From: an uncultured Actinomycetota bacterium
GTDB taxonomy: Bacteria > Actinomycetota > Actinomycetes > Propionibacteriales > Kribbellaceae
Length of the DNA stretch: 64,000 bases
Reading direction: 5' to 3'
NCBI GenBank assembly: GCA_963740725.1
Contig: CAVUFT010000021.1
Location: 18,172-82,171, forward strand
This document shows positions 59,979-64,000 of the stretch, piece by piece (position 1 is the first letter of the stretch; each line of letters begins with the position of its first letter). The position numbers and the translations under genes were made by a program. The notes under the pieces are model-generated. The model saw only the letters and a program-made list of their open reading frames with translations, was not told the origin of the DNA and did not search any database.

Positions 59979-60946
59979 CGCGACGACTCCTCGTCGCGAT
60001 CCTCGGAGCCATCCTGCTGGCCGGGGTCGCGGTCACCTACAGCATCTTCACCGCGGTTGACCGTACGCCGGTGGCCGCCGACGGGCTGAGCCTGACCGGT
60101 CCGCGCATCATGTTCCGTAGTACGGCGCCAGATAGCAGGGGACGTCTCGCCTTGGTCGCCAAGGACGACCCAAGCGGCCCCCGTTCTGTGTCGGGGTTGA
60201 CCTGCTTGCGGGTCTATGCGGCCGGCGGCACCGGCACGTGTTTGCGGCAGGACGGGGCGCTGGCGACGTACCAGATCGCGTTCCTGGACAAGAATCTTCA
60301 AGTCCAGAAGGCGATCCCGCTAGTCGGCGTACCGAACCGCACCCGAGTCTCGGCGGACGGTCGCATGGCTGCATGGACCGTGTTCGTCGCCGGCGACTCC
60401 TACAACAAAGGCCGGTTCTCCACCCGCGCCGGACTGATCGACCTTCAGACGCAAGACATGGTCGACTCGCTGGAGTTCCTGTCGGTGACCCTGAACGGCC
60501 ATCCCTATCAGGCCGCCGACCTCAACTTCTGGGGGATCACCTTCACCGCCGACGACAACCACTTCTACGCGACCATGTCCACCGCCGGCCACCGCTACCT
60601 GGTCGAAGGCGACATCGCCGCCAAGACCGTGCACACCATCGCCGAGAACGTCGAATGCCCGTCCCTCTCCCCCGACGGCCACCAGATCGCCTTCAAGTCC
60701 GCCATCGACGCCAACCCCACCAAGGGCTGGCGCCTCACCGTCCTCAACCTGACCACCGGCGCCAGAACCCCCTTGGCAGAAACCCGCTCCGTCGACGACC
60801 AGCCAACCTGGCTGGACCCCGCCACCATCGCCTACGCCCTCCCCCACGGCCCCGCCGACGCCGACATCTGGACCACCCCCGCCAACGGCACCGGCCACCC
60901 CACCCTCCTCATCCCCCACGCCGAATCCCCCGCCCCACTCGACTGA
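59975..60946 (+). CDS. Mirrored TolB-like protein
   Basis: Mirror of 43377-44348. Confidence 0.8.
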   Translation: MTRRLLVAILGAILLAGVAVTYSIFTAVDRTPVAADGLSLTGPRIMFRSTAPDSRGRLALVAKDDPSGPRSVSGLTCLRVYAAGGTGTCLRQDGALATYQIAFLDKNLQVQKAIPLVGVPNRTRVSADGRMAAWTVFVAGDSYNKGRFSTRAGLIDLQTQDMVDSLEFLSVTLNGHPYQAADLNFWGITFTADDNHFYATMSTAGHRYLVEGDIAAKTVHTIAENVECPSLSPDGHQIAFKSAIDANPTKGWRLTVLNLTTGARTPLAETRSVDDQPTWLDPATIAYALPHGPADADIWTTPANGTGHPTLLIPHAESPAPLD

Positions 60947-62635
60947 TGCGTCAGTGGCCAGATTCTCCGCGGTGTAGCGGGCCAGGACGACGACGTTCTC
61001 GCCGTCGACGATGTAGGTGTCGTCGTGAGCGACCCAGTTGGCCCACTCCTTGGCGAGTTGCTCCATGACGCCGGCGGTGACACCTGCCGGCGTCCGGTAG
61101 GTGCCCGCGAGGGGAAAGCCCGCCATCTCGGTCCACTCCACGTCGGGGGCCAAGGTTGCGCGGAGTGCTTCCAGATCACCAGCGGCCGATGCGAGGTACT
61201 GGCGGCGTACGACGTCCGCCGGCGCGCTGCCGGTGGCGTCGATCAGCCCCATGTCAGTTCTCCCTTGGCGACCTTGGTGCCCAGCTCGGCGGCAATGACC
61301 AGCCCGGCATCCGGGTAGGCGGCGAGCAGCTTCTCCGTGGCCTGAGCGGCGTCGGCCGCCGCGGCGACGGTCTCCTCGAAGAGGCGGAGGTAGCCGCGGG
61401 GTGTGGTGGATCGCGGACAGGTCGGTCGGCGCGCCGGTCGCACGGTGTCCGGCGACCACGAAGGTGGGCTCGAGCGACTCGAGAGTGTCGAGAGCCGTGA
61501 GCCAGTCAGCGCGGTCGGCCGGGGTCGGGCTGTCGGCGGTCCACACGTGCAGCCCGTCGAATGTGCCCAGGCCTCGAGCTTGCCTTCGTAGCTGTGGGCG
61601 ATGTGTTCGATCACGTCGGCCGGAGCGACGAAAGCCGCCTCGGGAAATGCGTCGGCGATGACTTCGGCACCGAAGTAGAAGTCCGGGTCGCCACCGCTCA
61701 CGACCACCGTTCGCAGTGTCTTGCCCGCGTCCAGGACGGCGGCGACGATGCGGTGACCGTCGGCGCGGGTGAAAGCGGCATCGACGACAACAGCGTCGTG
61801 CTCGCCGGTCACCAGGACCGAGGTCTTGTTCAGGGAGGAGTCCGCGAAGTCGAGGACGGTGTAGTTCAGGTCAGACATTGTCTGTTCCTTCGATGAGAGG
61901 GTGGCGAGTTGCTGGAAGTCGGCGAGAGCTGTGCCGAGTTGGGCTGCGGTGCTCGTCGGTCCGCCGAGATGGCCGAGCCGGCCACCCGGCAGGTGGACGA
62001 GCACGGTGGGAAAGCTGGATACGCCGAGCGACCGGGCCCGCCGGAAGTCGTACTCGGCAGCTGAGGTCGTTGCCGCTTCGCCGTACGCCGTGCCGACCAG
62101 GTCGCTGTCAAGGCCTGAGCTCGCGCAGCGATCCTGCGACAGGTGCCGGGCTCTGACATGCCCGGCAGCCTGCTCGACGAATCGTTCAGAGCGACGGCCG
62201 AGAGCGCGCTACGGCTGCGAGGCCCGGTCGCCCTCGACCCGGAAGCGCGAGATCAGGCGCTCGCGCACGCAGTACTGACGACACTTCTCGTGCTGGCAGG
62301 GAGCGGCCCGGCGGGCAGTAGTCCGCTCAGGTTCCGGAACAAGGTCTTCAGCTGGTTCGAGGAGGAGATCGAGAGGTCGTTCACCGGGAACGCAGCGTTG
62401 CCGCTGATGCCCGGCGTCTCGGCTACTCCGAGCGCACCCTGAACCGGCTCGCCCGGACCCACGCGGGACCACGGCCAAGGAGCTCATCGACCGTCACGTC
62501 ATCCTCGAAGCCAAACGCCTGCTGATCCACGAAACCGTACCGATCGTCGAGATCTCCGAGCGCCTCGGCTTCGACGACGCCGCCAACTTCTCCAAGTTCT
62601 TCTCGCACCGCACCGGCACCACCGTAGTTCGCTGT
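60945..62635. pseudogene. Mirrored decayed SnoaL/MBL/DsbA/AraC remnant
   Basis: Mirror of ~41690-43378 with the same truncation junctions. Confidence 0.7.
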
Positions 62636-62741
62636 CGAACAGGACCTCGGTTGGTATTGCACCAGTTGGGGTGGGCGCGAAAATTGTTGACGCGGGCTCG
62701 TCGGGGCTGTGTGCGACCGCCCTGCATCGGTAAGGAGTGAC

Positions 62742-64000
62742 GTGAGAATCTCCGCCCTGACTGTTGGTGGGCTTGTGGTGGCCGTTCTGGTTCCGCTGGG
62801 TGTGGGACAGGCTTCCGCGGGCGCATCGAAGACGGCCGCTGAGGCCGCCGAGAGTGTCAACCTCGCCTTGCTGCCGGGCGCGGTCGCGTCCGCGAAGTCG
62901 CAACGGACGACGGCGCCGGCCGCGACGTACGCGCCGGCCAACGCGACCGACGTGTTCGTGCACAACGGCTGGACCTCGAACTACGGCAACGGGTACGACC
63001 CGGCCCAGGACTGGTTCCAGGTCAAGCTGGCGACGCCTGCTCCGGTCTACGAGGTGTTCAGCCGCTGGACCTCGCCGGCCAAGCCGTCGGAGTACGAACT
63101 GCAGGTCTCGACGGACACCGACTGCCAGACCTGGTCGACGGTCGCGCACGTGGTGAATCCGGCCGACAAGGATTCCCAGGTCATCGATCGGCAGGACCCG
63201 GTCACCTGTGTCCGGATGCAAGGCCTGGCCACGACCTCCACCGTCGGCTACACGCTCAACGAGTTCGAGCTCTGGTCCGGCCCCAAGCCGCCGCCGGTCG
63301 TCGGTCAGATCATTCCCGTGCCGGTGCAGCAGACGCCCGGCACCGGTACGCCGTGGCAGCTCACGGGCAAGTCCAGGATCGTCGTTTCCAGCAGCGCGTT
63401 GACCGCCACCGCCGAGGTCCTCGCCGGCTATCTGCGACCCGCCACCGGGTTCGTCATCCCGGTCGCGACAGGTTCCGCAACAGAGGACGACATCGCACTG
63501 ACCCTGGGGTCGGTGGCCGGTCTTCCAGCGGTCAACGCCGACGAGGGCTACGAGCTGAGCGTCTCGAGTGCGGGCGCCAAGATCGTCGCGCCGCAGGCAC
63601 ACGGCCTGTTCAACGGCTTCGAGAGCCTGCGGCAGTTGTTGCCCGCAGCAATCAACTCCCAGGTCGCCGGGGTAGGGCCCTGGACGGCACAGCCGATCAC
63701 GGTCCTCGACTACCCGCGCTATCCGCATCGCGGGCTGCAGCTCGATCCTGCCCGCAACTTCCTGACCGTCGCCGAGATCCGGTCCATGATCGACCAACTG
63801 GCGGCGCTCAAGGGCAACCGGCTGCACCTGCACCTGAGCGACTCCCAGTCCTGGCGCCTGGAGATCAAGGGCTACCCAGCGCTGGACGGCACCGGGTGCA
63901 ACGGCGCGGCCTGTATCGCGGGCTTCTACACACAAGAGGACTTCAAGGGTCTGGTCAAGTACGCCGCCGACCGATTCATCGAGATCGTTCCCGAACTCGA
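62742..64000 (+). CDS. Mirrored GH20, 5' part (runs off the window end)
   Basis: Mirror of 40321-41579. Confidence 0.85.
   Translation, partial: MRISALTVGGLVVAVLVPLGVGQASAGASKTAAEAAESVNLALLPGAVASAKSQRTTAPAATYAPANATDVFVHNGWTSNYGNGYDPAQDWFQVKLATPAPVYEVFSRWTSPAKPSEYELQVSTDTDCQTWSTVAHVVNPADKDSQVIDRQDPVTCVRMQGLATTSTVGYTLNEFELWSGPKPPPVVGQIIPVPVQQTPGTGTPWQLTGKSRIVVSSSALTATAEVLAGYLRPATGFVIPVATGSATEDDIALTLGSVAGLPAVNADEGYELSVSSAGAKIVAPQAHGLFNGFESLRQLLPAAINSQVAGVGPWTAQPITVLDYPRYPHRGLQLDPARNFLTVAEIRSMIDQLAALKGNRLHLHLSDSQSWRLEIKGYPALDGTGCNGAACIAGFYTQEDFKGLVKYAADRFIEIVPEL

Larger units (their letters stand above)
40321..64000. repeat. Giant inverted repeat (arms 40321-52169 and 52171-64000, 1-nt spacer at 52170), continuing past the window end
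   Basis: Apex ...GCGCGACCCTCGAT-G-ATCGAGGGTCGCGC...; the last 20 nt of the window are the reverse complement of 40321-40340; every gene is mirrored. Confidence 0.97.

Noticed and set aside
58745-60946. 733-aa MFS-TolB fusion
   Set aside because: Present only in the error-prone mirrored arm. The left copy has two separate genes.
1-64000. tRNA, rRNA, transposase, integrase or phage genes
   Set aside because: No recognisable motifs found on either strand.

Overview
This is a GC-rich actinobacterial chromosomal window; a Kribbella-like host is an inference from gene content and codon style. From left to right it holds: (1) a glycopeptide-resistance module (vanH partial, vanY-like, divergent vanRS) with twin putative VanR boxes; (2) small housekeeping genes; (3) nadA-nadB with an NrtR regulator and its palindromic operator; (4) a LAL-type LuxR regulator and an epoxide hydrolase; (5) a ~9.7 kb uncharacterised glycan-tailoring cluster (two CapK/PaaK-like ligases, ATP-grasp, GT2, flippase-like protein, carbamoyltransferase, UDP-galactopyranose mutase); (6) a subtilase, type IB topoisomerase, Ser/Thr kinase and a hidden 52-aa ORF; (7) GH20, a decayed four-gene remnant, a phosphoesterase-MFS-TolB operon, GH76 and a CehA/McbA-like hydrolase. 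The dominant structure is a giant fold-back: 52171-64000 is the reverse complement of 40321-52169 around a 1-nt spacer (52170) inside a DUF885-like gene. The right arm is a mosaic of near-identical and conservatively diverged sequence, most likely an assembly or consensus artefact. Many genes carry single-base frameshifts typical of an unpolished long-read assembly. I saw no rRNA, tRNA, CRISPR array or transposase.
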